DNA of 64,000 nt from Adineta vaga. Lineage: Eukaryota; Animalia; Rotifera. Location of the stretch: contig CP075495.1 of the NCBI GenBank assembly GCA_021613535.1, positions 8,866,001 to 8,930,000 of the forward strand, read 5' to 3'. Under the pieces are notes generated by a model. The model ran no database searches. It was not told the origin of the DNA and was given only the letters and a program-made list of their open reading frames with translations. The first letter of the stretch is position 1. Every line of letters begins with the position of its first letter. The position numbers and the translations under genes are program-made. Positions 14,034 to 27,756 of the stretch are shown here, in pieces.

Positions 14034-15563
14034 TCAACGTAGAAGTACAAAAAGTTGCATTAAAGTTCGTCGTGAAAAGAATGAAGTAACAATCAAAAAT
14101 AGAGTTGCAAATATTACATAAAATATATACAAATAGAATGCTAGATATCTTCTTGGTGTTGAAAGAATGGTCACATGAGCAGTTTTACTTTCTAAATAAA
14201 AATTCAACGAATAATGAATTCTATATTTTTCTTTCTATAACATACCACTATCTAATAGAAGAACAACATATCCTACTCGATCAACACCCATTCGATATGA
14301 ACATGTTGGAACTGAGATTTCATATATTAAATTTTTTCCACCTAATTCCAATGTGTAAAATGATCGTGATAGATATTCTTCAGCAAGAATTGTATTCTTC
14401 ATTGCTATTCGATCATGTAATGTAATGGAAAACTAAGAAAGAAGTATAAGATTTATAGTTAATATAATGATATTCATTACATACATGATGACTATCACCT
14501 TTGAGAATAAGATTTGGTTCTAAATCATTGATAAATGGTTTTACAAAACGTGCTGTACGTTTTACTATTGGCCAATGATTTAAAACGAGACGAAATAGTG
14601 CTGTCATCGGATGAGTATGTATTTGTTCCATAATAGTATCACGTTTTCCATCTGTATAAGAATCAAACATATCGATATCTAACTGAAAACGCAAAAAAAA
14701 AGAGAAAGGATAAAAACTATTGAAAAGATAAAAATTACTTTAAGAAATTGAATATCATTTTGATGATATAGAGCAATAGTTCGACCGAAATAATTTCGAA
14801 AACGTTGTCTTAATAATGGTTGTTTATCACCATAATATTCTCCACCAACATCATTATCACCAGGAATAATAATATAACGTTGTTCATGATTTTTATAATC
14901 GAATATAGAATTAAATCGTTCAAAATATCGTTTGAATTCATCATCCGATGCTGATAAACCTTCATCGAATATATCACCCAGAAACAGTACCCAATGTGGT
15001 TTAACATAACTATTTACTTGAGCAAATGTTTTTGCGAGATATCTAAAAATAAAGTTTCATCTTATCATAAATTAATAAAATATCAATGAACAAACATACC
15101 GATCAGCATCACTTCTAGTGATAAAACCAAAGATACCTTCATCTTTTTCACCAATTAATTGAGGATCAGCAACAAGTAGAAGTTTTTCTACACTATGTCT
15201 ACAATGATATAATATTGCTAAGAAGTTCCAAAGTAAGAAAGTTAGTATTTCGCCGTTCTATTATTACCTATAGAATCTATTTTCTCTTACTTTTTAGCTA
15301 TTTCGTTAATATCTGTCCAATGTAGATGTGCCAATTGATAGAATAAACTTTCATTGATAAAAACTACAATCAATCCAATAATAATCAATATTCCCAAATG
15401 TTTGTATTTCCATCGTCGAAATCTTGATAAAATCAAATCATTTTACTATGAATCCATTCGTTTATCGATAAGAAAAGAAAAACGTGTCTCACTTTGAATA
15501 CCAATATGATCGAATATAAAAACTACAAAGTCTAAATGTTAATGATGTATTCAATCGACTCAT
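14034..15563 (-). CDS. Membrane-bound calcineurin-like metallophosphoesterase (MPPE1/PGAP5/Cdc1 family), multi-exon
   Basis: Spliced translation gives an N-terminal TM (LGILIIIGLIVVFI), LLVADPQLIG, LFLGDIFDEG, IPGDNDVGGE, LNHWP, GDSHH, EISVPTCSYRMG and a C-terminal TM. The start MSRLNTS at 15563 is inferred via a short first intron. Confidence 0.82.
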
Positions 15564-15740
15564 ATTATCTTATAAAACTTTCATTTGCAATCTGTTATCA
15601 TTATATTATCTGTAAATAGATTATACCTTCAAGTTTAAATATATATATAGAAAATAATTAAGACAAAAACAAACAAATGAGAAATATATTAAATTACAGA
15701 CAGAAAAAAACAAAAGAAAAACACGTTTAGTTGATTGAAT

Positions 15741-18700
15741 TTAATCACTGGTATTTTTTTCATAGATTTTCTTTAAACGTTCAATTGCATCGTATAAATC
15801 TCGTGGAAATGTTGATGCTGTATCATTTAATCGTAATGATATACTATACATTTCTTTATAATCTTCATAAAGTAATTTTTTATTAGTTGTCATTTTGAAG
15901 ATTTTAACAATTTCTTTGAGAAATGTTTGAATACGTCCATTTAATATCGCTAATAAACGTTGTGCTTCTTGTGCAAAATTATCATTATAATCATCTGAAT
16001 CTGAACTAGTACGATGTTGATCAATAATACCAACTGTTTCTTGACATTGAAATGATGCTCGTAGACCTTGTTGCGAATATTTTAATCGTGAAGAATTATC
16101 AGTTGCATCTAGAAAATCAAATAGAATTGTTTTCCAAAAGCACAAGAGAAAACAAACTATACGAACTTTGAAGTTCAAAATCAGCTAAAGCAACTTCTTC
16201 AACTAATAAACGAAGATATTCAAGAGGATTATCATGTGGTGAAAATAATTTCAAAGCTTTTTCATAATGTAATGAAGCTAATGAACGTAGATGTTTTCGA
16301 CGAATTTTATTTTCCTTAAGAAGTATATCAAAATATAAAGAGCTGATCAAACAATTCAACATACCTCAGTACGAAAGGCATTATGTAATAGAGATGCTAA
16401 ACGATGATGAATCGTACCAGCTCGATATTTCGCTAGACAATAACGATCAGAAGATGGATGATTAAGATCCGCATCAAGATATTTTAATGCACGTGTCATA
16501 CATTCGATAACTTCTTTTTCAATCTTAAAACAGTAAACAAATAAAAAGATACGATTCGTTTCGTAATCGAAATTACTCAATACTTACATCTTCTTGTGAC
16601 ATAGTACTCAATGGAGCATGATCTTGTAATGATGTTGCCATAGCAAAATAACTATTCGATAATTCCCATGATAATGTTCGATAAACTTCAAATAAATCAG
16701 AACGATGTTCAACTAATTTCAGTCCTCGTAGATAATATTCAAATGATTTATGATAACTTTGTCGTTCTTGTTGAGAAAATTCTTCTCGAATACCATTGAC
16801 AATTGGAGCATAGAATTGTGCATGATATCGCATTAAACGACCGAGATTAGAATTTAACAAGGCAATATTTGAAACATCATGAATCTTTTCAAAAGCTTGT
16901 ATGCCAGTATCGAAACTTTCGAAACTTTTTCGGAACAATTCTGTAATTTCCTGAGAAAAAAAATCAAACAATTAGTTTTCAAAAGTGAAAACACTAAAAT
17001 GAAGAGTTTATAATTATACTTTCGTTGTATCTTGATCATAAGTTTTTAATGCTTGAGCACATCGATTCATCCAATAAACTCCCATTTCATTTCGAACATT
17101 TCCTAAACGTTTTGTTAATAGATAAAAACGTTCTTTTTCTTGATCACCAAGATTACGAACGATATTAATCGCATATTCATATGCATTTGCACTAGCATAT
17201 AGATTACGTTCAATAACTGGTGTTAATTCAAATACCCAAGAAAATTCTATAATGAATATTAGAGAAAAACAAAATATTCAATTGATTAATCAAAACAATA
17301 GAATTTACCAGATGAATTTTCATCGATACCAATTTCATCAATTGTATTTTGAATTTCAATATCAATTTCATTGATAACTTGATATTGTTCACGAAATTTT
17401 TCTATTTCTTCAGTTGATATTATATGTGATAGCATTAAACGACAATCACCTGCGACACTCATTATCAGGGATAATAATTTTCTACATTCAATACTACTAT
17501 TATTTTGATCGATCGATTGAAGTTTCAACTCCGCAGCTTAATTGAAAAGAAAAAACAAAAGTGAATTTCAAAGTGAAGAAATTTCTTCTCTCTTACTATG
17601 ACAATTCAATGCTAAACGAAGATAACGTAAACACGATCCATAATTTTTCTCCTGTTCATATCGATGAACAAGTGCATAATAAGATGATGCTGCCTTATGT
17701 AAAATAATAGCTTTTAAACGTCGATCACCGGTTAGATGATTTTGATTATCGATTAAGAATTTACTACAATTTCGAGTTGATTGATAAGGTAATGGAATAA
17801 TCACTTTGGATTTGTTAATAGTATCGTTCGATGTTTGTTCAGCTTCATCAGAATTTGTTGTTGCTGATTGTGAACGACGATGAATTGCATTACTACGTAG
17901 TGCCTTTAAAAATAAAAATCATCGGATAACAAATGAATACATTAATTATAAAAGTTTTATTTACACCTGAAGATCACTGATTTTATTCGTTTATTTCAAA
18001 TATAGATAAATGATCTAACTATCCCTTCAGCAGATTATCTCAATCGTTCAAAATACTCTCACAACATTCATTAGACATGCTAATTATTGAAGATTAACTT
18101 ACTGCTACTAAATATTTCAATGCTTCTCGAGCTCGTCCATCAAGATTTCCATGTATTGGACCTAATCGTGGTACATCAGGAGTCTTTCGGTAACGATGTT
18201 GTTGTGGTTGTACCAATGATTTAATATCGACACATGCACATGTTACTGAATCTTTATCTCCTTCAAATGATAACTATAAAATAAAATCAATCGATCAACA
18301 AAGAATTCAAACTTCAATTCAAGTTTTCTTACATCATCTTTAAATAATTCTGATTCGAACATTGTTTCATTTCCATTAAAGAACCAATTTTGTTCACTGA
18401 TATTATCATCAATAAATAGATCCGACATCATATATGCAGCTGCACAATAATATTCTGGGAATTTTTCTGGATCAAGCATATCAAGACAATGTTTAAGTAA
18501 CGTACGAATTGTACCAGATTCTTTCAAACGTGTTTCATAGTCTGAATTCAACACTAAATTATGTGCCATTTTATACAGTAGACTAGCAACTGGAAGTGTA
18601 TATGGATTATCATCACGATCTGTTTCACATAAACTTGTTAGATCATATAATTTAACAATATCATCATCAGGACCTGAATATAACGAAAATTTAAAACATA

Positions 18701-20149
18701 AACAGAGATCAATTGATTTACCTTTAAATAACCAATATGTATGTCCTTCTTTTGTTGCATTTGCTTTAAGAAATGATAAAAGATTCGTTGCTAGATCACG
18801 AATAACACTTGGTGGAAATTGACATCCTTCACGATATGGTATGTCCTCTGTCTTCATGATTTCATACGATTGCACAATACCATCGACATGATAACACATA
18901 GCTAATTCTGGTACATTACACATTAAATTATCCAGCCAACAATCAATACCAGTTAGAACGTTAATTGGTTTATTCATATCTCTAGAAAAGTAGAAAATAA
19001 CAAAGGACTTTGATTTTGTTGAATATTTTTGTTTAGTCATAGTACCTTAATCGAAGACTAACAGCTGGATGTTGTTCATCACCAAATATTGGTAAATCTG
19101 ATCCAATTAACATTTTCATATTTTCAAATGTCCAATTAACCGTTCGTTGAAACGGTGATGAAGTAAAATTTGTCTGTTTATTTTCAGTAGTTTCATCTTC
19201 AAGATTATTATTTGCATTAACAAGTTCTTTGATTTGTTGAAGAAGTGCTGCTGCTGTTGGAGTGGTTGTCGTTGTTGGTTTCGATTCATCATTCTCTGAA
19301 TTTGCACGTGTTAATTGTGGAAATTCAACACTAACAAGAGATAAATATTTCATGATAAATGTTGACAAAGAAAACCTATCAATACCTTTGACATAAAAAT
19401 TTAACTAAACGATCTTTTCGTATTAGTTCATCACGAGTTTTATTTTTCTTATAGAAATGTTTAACGGAAATATTACGTAGAATTGTATCAAGAAAAAAAT
19501 CTCGAAACCATGTCCATTCATTCTAAATCAAACAAAAACTCGTAGACAAATATTCTTTTGACTTCTTCTTTCAACCATACTTTTTCCAAATGTAATAAAT
19601 GAGAATGAACATCGAATTCATCCAAAAGGATCGTTCGTCCAAGACGATGTACAATCATTGAAATTTGACTATGCTTATTAAATGGAACTTTTAATAATTT
19701 TTTTATATGCTTTTAGAAAAGAAAGGAAATGCAATTAATTTCTCTTTTGAGATAAGAAATTAACATACCTCTGCATCGGATATCACATCAACTTCACCTA
19801 AACTATCCGTATGTGCATCTGCTGAACGAAAACTAAAAAGAAAAACAATTTGTAATGATTTTAATCGATCTGAATATTATAAACGACGAATTTTTACTGT
19901 ACCTGCCAAATATATCATCATGATTCGTTCTTTGTTGAAGCCAATATGAAAGTAATAAAGCGATTTCATTGTTCCATACAGGTTTTTCGTCAAGATCTAA
20001 AAATAGATTGAGAATATTGAGGCAATTCTCAAACATTCCAGATTAAAATTCGTTTTACCTGTATCTTTATCCAGAAAATTACATTTTATATATGGTACAG
20101 TGGTCGGTGGACTAACTGAAACAAGGCTAGATGATGAAGGTTGCGACAT
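15741..20149 (-). CDS. EDRF1: Erythroid differentiation-related factor 1 homologue, multi-exon
   Basis: WTFENMKMLIGSDLPIFG..PAVSLRLR, PINVLTGIDCWLDNLMCNVPELAMCYHVDGIVQSYEIMKTEDIP, ATKEGHTYWLFKG and KLYDLTSLC are EDRF1 blocks; a helical C-terminal region follows. Confidence 0.92.
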
Positions 20150-20375
20150 GATGCAATCGATATTATGAAGGCAATAAAATTTCAAATGGAAAATTCGTTC
20201 GTCTTCTCGAAATAGTTATGGAGAGAAGAGAAGAGAAGAAAAAGGAGACAAGCAGCATGTGTAAGTAAATATGATTCGTACACGTCAAAAACCATACCAA
20301 TAATATTGTTCACTAGATGTCATTAGATGTTTTATCTCGGAAGAAGTGAATTTGTTTTTTTTATTGTTGTGCAAC
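20150..20375. promoter_or_regulatory. Probable bidirectional promoter EDRF1/NIT2
   Basis: Divergent start codons only about 226 bp apart. Contains a CRE-like cacgtca (20281) and CCAAT (about 20297). Function is inferred. Confidence 0.5.
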
Positions 20376-21221
20376 ATGGCGTCAAAATTAAAAGTAGCTT
20401 TAATACAATTTCTTGGTTCACCATCGAAACAACAGAATATAAAACGAGCATGTGAATTAATTCATCAAGCAGCATCGAAAGGTGCACGTCTAGTCGTTCT
20501 TCCTGAAATTTGGAACAGTCCATATGGTGTAAAATATTTTGCTCAATATGCTGAAACAATACCGAATGGTGAAACAATCGAAGCTCTTAGTACATGTGCA
20601 CGACAAGCAAATATTTATCTTGTTGGTGGTTCAATACCTGAACGAGAGGGTGATAAACTTTATAATACATCAACTATTTTTGATCCTAATGGAAATTTAT
20701 TAGGAAAATTTCGTAAAATACATTTATTTGATATTGATATACCTGGTAAAATAACTTTTAAAGAAAGTGATGCTTTATCTCCTGGTCAACAATTATTTAC
20801 ATTTGATATTGATGAAAAATATCGCGTTGGTCTTGCTATTTGTTATGATCTTCGTTTTTCATCTTTGGCATCATTATATGGTAATCGACAATGTCATATG
20901 TTACTTTATCCTGGTGCATTTAATATGACAACAGGTCCTGCTCATTGGGAATTATTATTACGTGCACGTGCATTGGATAATCAAATGTATGTTGCTGGTA
21001 TTAGTCCAGCACATGATGAACAAGCAGAATATAAATCATGGGGACATACAAGTTTAGTTGATCCATGGGGAACAGTTATTAGTACATGTGAATTAAATGA
21101 AGAGATTGTTTATGGAGATATTGATCTTGAACATTTGAATACCATACGAAAACAATTACCGTATTTATCACAACAAAGAAATGATATTTATACGTTGAAT
21201 GAAAAGAAAAATGAAGATTAA
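20376..21221 (+). CDS. NIT2: Omega-amidase NIT2 (nitrilase superfamily), single coding exon
   Basis: Glu-Lys-Cys triad motifs VVLPEIWNSPYG, FRKIHLFDIDIPG and AICYDLRF, plus YPGAFNMTTGPAHWELLLRARALDNQ. ATG at 20376 (MASKLK). Confidence 0.95.
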   Translation: MASKLKVALIQFLGSPSKQQNIKRACELIHQAASKGARLVVLPEIWNSPYGVKYFAQYAETIPNGETIEALSTCARQANIYLVGGSIPEREGDKLYNTSTIFDPNGNLLGKFRKIHLFDIDIPGKITFKESDALSPGQQLFTFDIDEKYRVGLAICYDLRFSSLASLYGNRQCHMLLYPGAFNMTTGPAHWELLLRARALDNQMYVAGISPAHDEQAEYKSWGHTSLVDPWGTVISTCELNEEIVYGDIDLEHLNTIRKQLPYLSQQRNDIYTLNEKKNED

Positions 21222-21470
21222 AAAACTGTTTTGTCTCTTGTTAGTCTTATTCATATCAGAAGTATCTGAGATGTTTATTTTAGATTTCTATCAACCATTT
21301 GCATTATTCATATGTTCGATGTTTTAGATAACGATTCTTAATTGATAACAAGCATTCAAATTTTTTGTCTTTCATTGTAGAATTTTGTTTTTAAATTAAA
21401 TGATTTCATCTATTTTTAAATAAAATATCAAATATTTCACAAGTCTTTCGTTTCTTCTAGATAAACACTT

Positions 21471-23256
21471 ATGGCGGCACCGAATACAGAAACTGAAATG
21501 CGTGATGCTAGTAACGATGAGACAATAGATGTCATTTCAGATAGTTCTATTCCTGGTGGTAATCCACAAACAGAATTAAAGGAAGATTCATCCACCGAAG
21601 GTGTGTATATCATTCTAATAATATATTTCAATAACTCTTAGAAGATATTTAGTTTCACCAAATAATTCAATGGGTATGTGGAATTGTCCTATTCTGAATG
21701 CTCAGTAACCTCTGTACATGAATCTTCTGCTTTGTCTTACCACATAGAGTATCCTTTTCTTTTGACAAAATTAATCTTCAAAATTACTGAAATTTTTCTG
21801 AGCGAAGAAATAGAATGTTACATTAGGGGATAAAAATGACTTTTGAACTATAGATTATAAACACTGCATATCATTGTCTATATTGTTGTTTTTTTAGCAA
21901 AGTTTTGGAATATATTTATCTATGATTTGATTTTAGGTTGTACGACATCAAAAGTAGAACATGAGCGCATGGACACCGATGAAAGTAAGAGAATTGTCTT
22001 TTTTCGTTCGTTAAGGATTATTGATTTCATTCATTTCTAAGACATATCTACAGATAATATGAAGCAAACAAAGATAGATGAGCATTTTTCAGTAGAGAAC
22101 AAGGCTGATACTAAACAATCGAAGACCAAGCAATCATCATCAAAAGTAAAAAGCAATAAATATTCCTCTTTGCATCAGCTATTATTTAATATTTTACAGA
22201 ATAAAAAATACAGTGATGGTGACGATAATGAGAATGATCATAAAAATCGAACGTCTAATCGTGTTACACGCTCATCCACTTCTTTATCTCCACTTCGTAT
22301 GAAGTTTGATGATAGTGATGACGAGGATGATCCACGTTATGCTTCATATTCTCAACGAGATATATCTGAATATCGTAATAATTATCCGAACACACGATCA
22401 AATTCGAAAATAACGGACAATTTAAAGTTCTACACCAATAAAATTCCTTCACATCCGGATGGAGATTATATTGATAATATTCATAAAAATTGGTATGGTG
22501 ATTATAGAAAATTAGAATTTCATCATGGTTATATTCAATGGTTATTTCCTTTACAAGAACGAGGACTAAATTGGTCTGCTGAACCATTACAAAAACATGA
22601 AATTGAATCAATTAAACAAGATTCGAAAGCATTAAAACGAATTTTGAAATCTTATAAAATGATGTGAGAAATTTTGATGGACTTAGAGTTTTGGAAATTA
22701 CTGATGACTATTTCTAGGCTCGACTTCTATGGCTTTGAACTAGTTGATGAAAAAACAGGTGAAATACGTCGTTCATCTGATGATTCTTATAGATCATGTT
22801 TTCGTAATCTTAATACGTCTTCCCATAATTATCTTCGAATAACTGTAAGTATGACACTAAAAAGCAATCATATATAATCATTTATGATCTTCGTTTTTTC
22901 TTCTTCCTCTTCTTTAGCGTATATTAAAATGTTTAGGTGAATTCGATTATGAACATTTGAAATTTCCTTTTCTCGAAAGAATTCTATATGAAAGTATTAT
23001 TGAAGATACTTTATCGAATTGTCTTCGATCATGTAAAGATTATTGGATTGAAACTTTACGTAGCCAAGATGAACGACGAGCTATTCGACGATATGCAAGA
23101 GAATTAATTGACTATCGAAATAAACAAATAACCCCACCATCATCACATCATGCTGAACGACCAGAACCACTACCGCCAACAACAACTACAACAACAACAA
23201 GACCTACAAAATCATCTAAATCCAATGATTCGAATGATGATAATATGACAAATTAG
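21471..23256 (+). CDS. Opioid growth factor receptor (OGFr) conserved-domain protein, multi-exon
   Basis: DNLKFYTNKIPSHPDGDYIDNIHKNWYGDYRKLEFHHGYIQWLFPLQERGLN, SYKMM|LDFYG and HNYLRIT|RILKCLGE match the OGFR/OGFRL1 domain. The low-complexity N-terminal exons starting at ATG 21471 are less certain. Confidence 0.88.
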
Positions 23257-23560
23257 AATTTTACTATCTGTGATAGCACATGTGAACTAGTTTCATAAAC
23301 GTCCAAAAAAAAAGTTTTTTTTGTCAATAAAATATAGTATTTAATTAAGAAAACGAATTAGTAAATAATGCAAAAACAAGCAAACAAATGATTTCTTGAA
23401 TACTCTCTAATTATCTACTGAAACACACATTGAATGACAAGATGAAGAGAAAAAAACAAGCAAACAGAATTTTAACAAACTGCAAACAGATCAGCTGATA
23501 TGGATACGAACGGTTGTTTTCTTTATTGAAGAAAAATTAAATAAATGAATAGAATTTCGT

Positions 23561-24831
23561 TCAAAGTTCACGACCAGCTAAATAACGAGTACAAAGTCGG
23601 TTTTTTTTTATTGAAAATGACAAATAAATTTCAACTTACTTTCAACAGAAACAATACATGATTTTTCGACTTTACCCAAAGTATTGCTAGCAACACATGT
23701 ATAAGTACCTTGATCATTATTTTGTAACGATTGAATTTGAAGCCATGATGTCAAAACGTGAGCATTTGGTCCACCACGAACTAATGTTGAAATGCGATCA
23801 TCATCAGCTAGATTAGATAATCTTCTATTAATTATATTCGATTATGATATAGATTTATTTACTTGGATAGACAATTTGTTTGCCATTCTGTGCTGTATAA
23901 ACCCACTCAACTACCGGTAATGGAACACCAGCAGCTTCACATGTAAGGAATACATTACTTCCTGTTTTGTTAGACACACTGACGGGTGGTAATGTTATTT
24001 CGGGCGCTAAAGGAAATAAAATTTGAAAAACAGAATAGAAGAAGAAATGAATTATATCATGATCATGGTTTTACCTGAATCGCATGGTTTACGTTTGAAA
24101 ACTTTAATAATAGGTTTTTGTTCAATTTTAGCAAGTTTACTTGATTCCATTAAATGACAATAATTACGATAAGTCTTACCATCCGAACTTTTTAAAAGAA
24201 CATAGTTAGAAATCTGTTGTAGTTAGTGATGATTTCAACTTACCCACACATTTCTACCTGATCATTACATTCACATCGGGCTTCACGTGGTGCGCCTCGA
24301 GTATCCGTACGAATGCTAGATATTAGAGAAAAAAAACGTTGTACTTAATATTTTCAGGATGCTTGCAAATTTAACGGTAGACTTTTTTCTTTGAGCTCAA
24401 ATTATCGAACTTGTTCATAAGAATGTACTTTTACTATGAATGTGATATGACTTACTTGCATTGAAGATTTTCACCACATGCTTCATATTGCTTGCTCGAT
24501 GGGATATCGGGATGATTGCATAGTTCACTCTACATGTGAAATAATTATCAACCAATGTTCTCTAAATAGATATTCTACAAACTTCGCGTTGAGCACAAAC
24601 TTGACAACAACCACAACGATCGAGTGTTAATCCGGCAAGACATTCTTTATCCGAGGTCTAAAAAACAAACCAAAGATATTTTTTTTATTCTAAAAGAAAA
24701 ATAATAAGTATTCATTCTACCAATGGACATTTGCTTGGATCGCATGGTTCACATGGCTTAGTTTGTTGAGCAAAAACTATTGAGTAGACGATAGCTAAAG
24801 TAAGTAATGTAAAAAGACGTCGAGTAGCCAT
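23561..24831 (-). CDS. Secreted IGFBP-Kazal-Ig protein (IGFBP7/IGFBP-rP1/KAZALD1-like), about 8 small exons; missed by the ORF track
   Basis: Signal peptide MATRRLFTLLTLAIVYSIVFA; IGFBP domain CEPCDPSKCP..CLAGLTLDRCGCCQVCAQ; Kazal CECNDQVEMCG|SDGKTYRNYCHL; Ig domain VFLTCEAAGVPLPVVEW...DQGTYTCVASNTLG; ends TGREL*. Confidence 0.9.
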
Positions 24832-27756
24832 CGTATATTATTGTTGTAAAAAAAAGTGGTAGATATGTTGTTTGTTCTTTCGTCGTTCTTTCTCACTATC
24901 GTTACTTTAGATATTATTTATGTCCGTTTGCGGTTATACAGGCGAACAGCGACGGCGACGACGACGATATATTGACAAGTCCCTTACTAATACAGCGACA
25001 GAGAGCGAGAAAAAAGAAGAGAAGAAAGAGAGTCAGTACATACAACGACGGTACAGTAAGATATACAGAGAAGAAGAAAAAAATACCAAGCGACAGATGG
25101 TTGTATTACCATACATCTTCCAGATCTATTCCATTCTAGCATATCTCTGTTTACTTTACTTATCAATCTGACCAAGAAATCTAACGTCCTTCTCTTCTAC
25201 ATTTTCTTTCCTATAGAAAAATTCTCTAGATATACAATTAATTCTTTTATCTATAGATAGTTGATGGTACTGTCTTATTCTATTGCATAAACTCTATATT
25301 TATATACCATCTCTCTCTCTTTCTTGCTGTTGATATTCTCATATACACATAGATTTGCTTGCTTGCAGATTATATAATCAACATATACATAGGAGAGCAG
25401 ACAGAAAAAGCTTGTACTATACATATAGTTACGAGAAGATGGATAGTAACGACAATCTTGATGTTGTCCTTCAATCATTTATAGAAAACGAAGGTTACTA
25501 TTATTGTTTGACAAGAAATATATTCATAAAAAAATATCAAATGCTACATTTTTATGCTAATCAATGATCTTTCGAAGCACTGAAAATGATTCCTAGGCGT
25601 TAAATTATTTGTATGCACCTCACAAATAAAACCTCAATTGTGTAGACCTTGTTTTCAATAATTGTTTATAACCACACCACCTACTTCTATGTATATTACT
25701 ACTTTATAGTTTTCATATTTATGGGCGTTTTTGAGAACTATATAAATTCAGAAGAACACTGATCAGATAAGATTTATATGGTTTTCTAATCATAAAATTC
25801 TTGTTTTCTATATCAAATATATTCAGAATGAACGTTTAGTTTTTATCAAGTATAAAGTAAGATTGGTAGAACCTATATTGACATTTTAAATTTAATTTTT
25901 CTCTAGAATAGATATTTATATATTTTCTTTTATTTATAAAAATTCATGAAAATCGAATTAAATTACGCATTTGAATATAATGAAAAGTTGCTCTGAGCTA
26001 AAGAACTTATTCAGATATAATTATTTCCAACAGTGAATCGTTTATAAAAATGATAAAATCTATGAAAAAAAAAGAATGAAATCAGTCTTCTGAAATACGC
26101 ACATTGAAATTATATAGTTTCTCTATCAAAATTGAGCTTAAGAGGTATTTTAAGTGTTATCGCATTAAACTTTCACGCTGGAAAATCATTTCATCATGTC
26201 GCTACACTTTATTTTCCTTTGAGGTATAGAATTGTGCATTTTTATCTGAAAAAATTGATTTTCGAAGTTTGACTTTATATTTTATTCAAGAATATCTCAA
26301 AAAGACAACACTTAGGCGAAGCAGATAGCGACCTTCACCAATTTTTAAATTCTCTTGAACTTATTCAGTGATTTTACAAATTGACGAGTGCAACACAAAA
26401 AAGTTTGTGAAAGATAGAGGTAGTGCAAACCACACAGCATCCTTTGAGACACAGTTCCTTTTATCTAGTATAAAATTATTTTTATACATCAATGATATCT
26501 GATGAATCAATTCATTAGTCATGTTTTTTTTATATATAATTATCTTGCGAAAATAAGATGCAACGTTCATCTAAGAGAGATTTCTACGGATGCAAATATG
26601 CTCATACTGATTATCATTAAATAATCTGTTTTTCAGGGCTTAGCTCTCATTTGTTTTATTTAATACTAAGTCATTGTTAATTATGTTTTTTTTCTCTTGT
26701 TTTTGCCTCCTGCAAAAAGACGGATATAAAAGAAAAGTACATTATATTATAGAATTTATTATATTCAACAACCATTATTTTTGTTTGATCGTTTCCTAAC
26801 ACATACCGGTAAGGATTTAATCTTTTTTCTTATACCATAACTGTTCATAATCTTTAGTTTGAGAAAGTTTTGTTCGATTGTCATTTTCATAGATCCTAGT
26901 TAAAATTTGTAAATTTGTCATTCAAGTACATCGAGATGCGAAGTTAATTAAAATGTTGACTTGTCCATTGGGACAAAAACAAGTACGAGAAAACAATTTG
27001 ATGAATATATTTCACAGGTTTCGATTGAAAACCCTAAATAGAGTTTATCTATGTCTACTACAAGGTTACTTCATTCTATTTAATGATAGGAATTGCTTGT
27101 CTATCAATTCATTATAGAGCTTTAACTTTTTTCAATTATAATAATCTAGACAGAGAAAGTAATTTTCATGTTTAAGACAAGTCGCATCGACTTATATATT
27201 TAATAAAAAATTACCTTTGTTAATTGAGATCTAATCCGTTATGTTTAATGATAGTTATTTCGTACAGGTTTTTCTACATTTAACTGATTTGGAGATAACT
27301 CAATTGAGAATTCAGATATAAACATTTTAAGTAGGAGAGAATATACTCTATATGCTTGTTCATTAAAAATTTCATATTGTGAAGAGAAATTCTAGTGGGA
27401 AATCAACAGACACATATGCAATTATAGGAGGAAACAAATCATCTTTCAATTCTTGACAAATATACTAGTGATAAAGGTGAATAGATAGAAACTCTTGCGA
27501 ACAAATAGAATGAGAATAGTTTCCATCATTCTATCACACTACAAAAATTTCATTTTACCGTGTCAAAAATCATTCATTTTTAAACCAATACGATATTTGT
27601 GTATATATACGACTGTGAAGATTAAAAAGAGCAAACATTTTATAAGGTAAGAATATAGATTTATATAATAACGGACAGAGTTTCCTAAGTTTTTTTATTA
27701 TATGCTTTCGGAATGGACGATTCATTACTTTTTCTTTCACTATTTCTTGTATTAAG

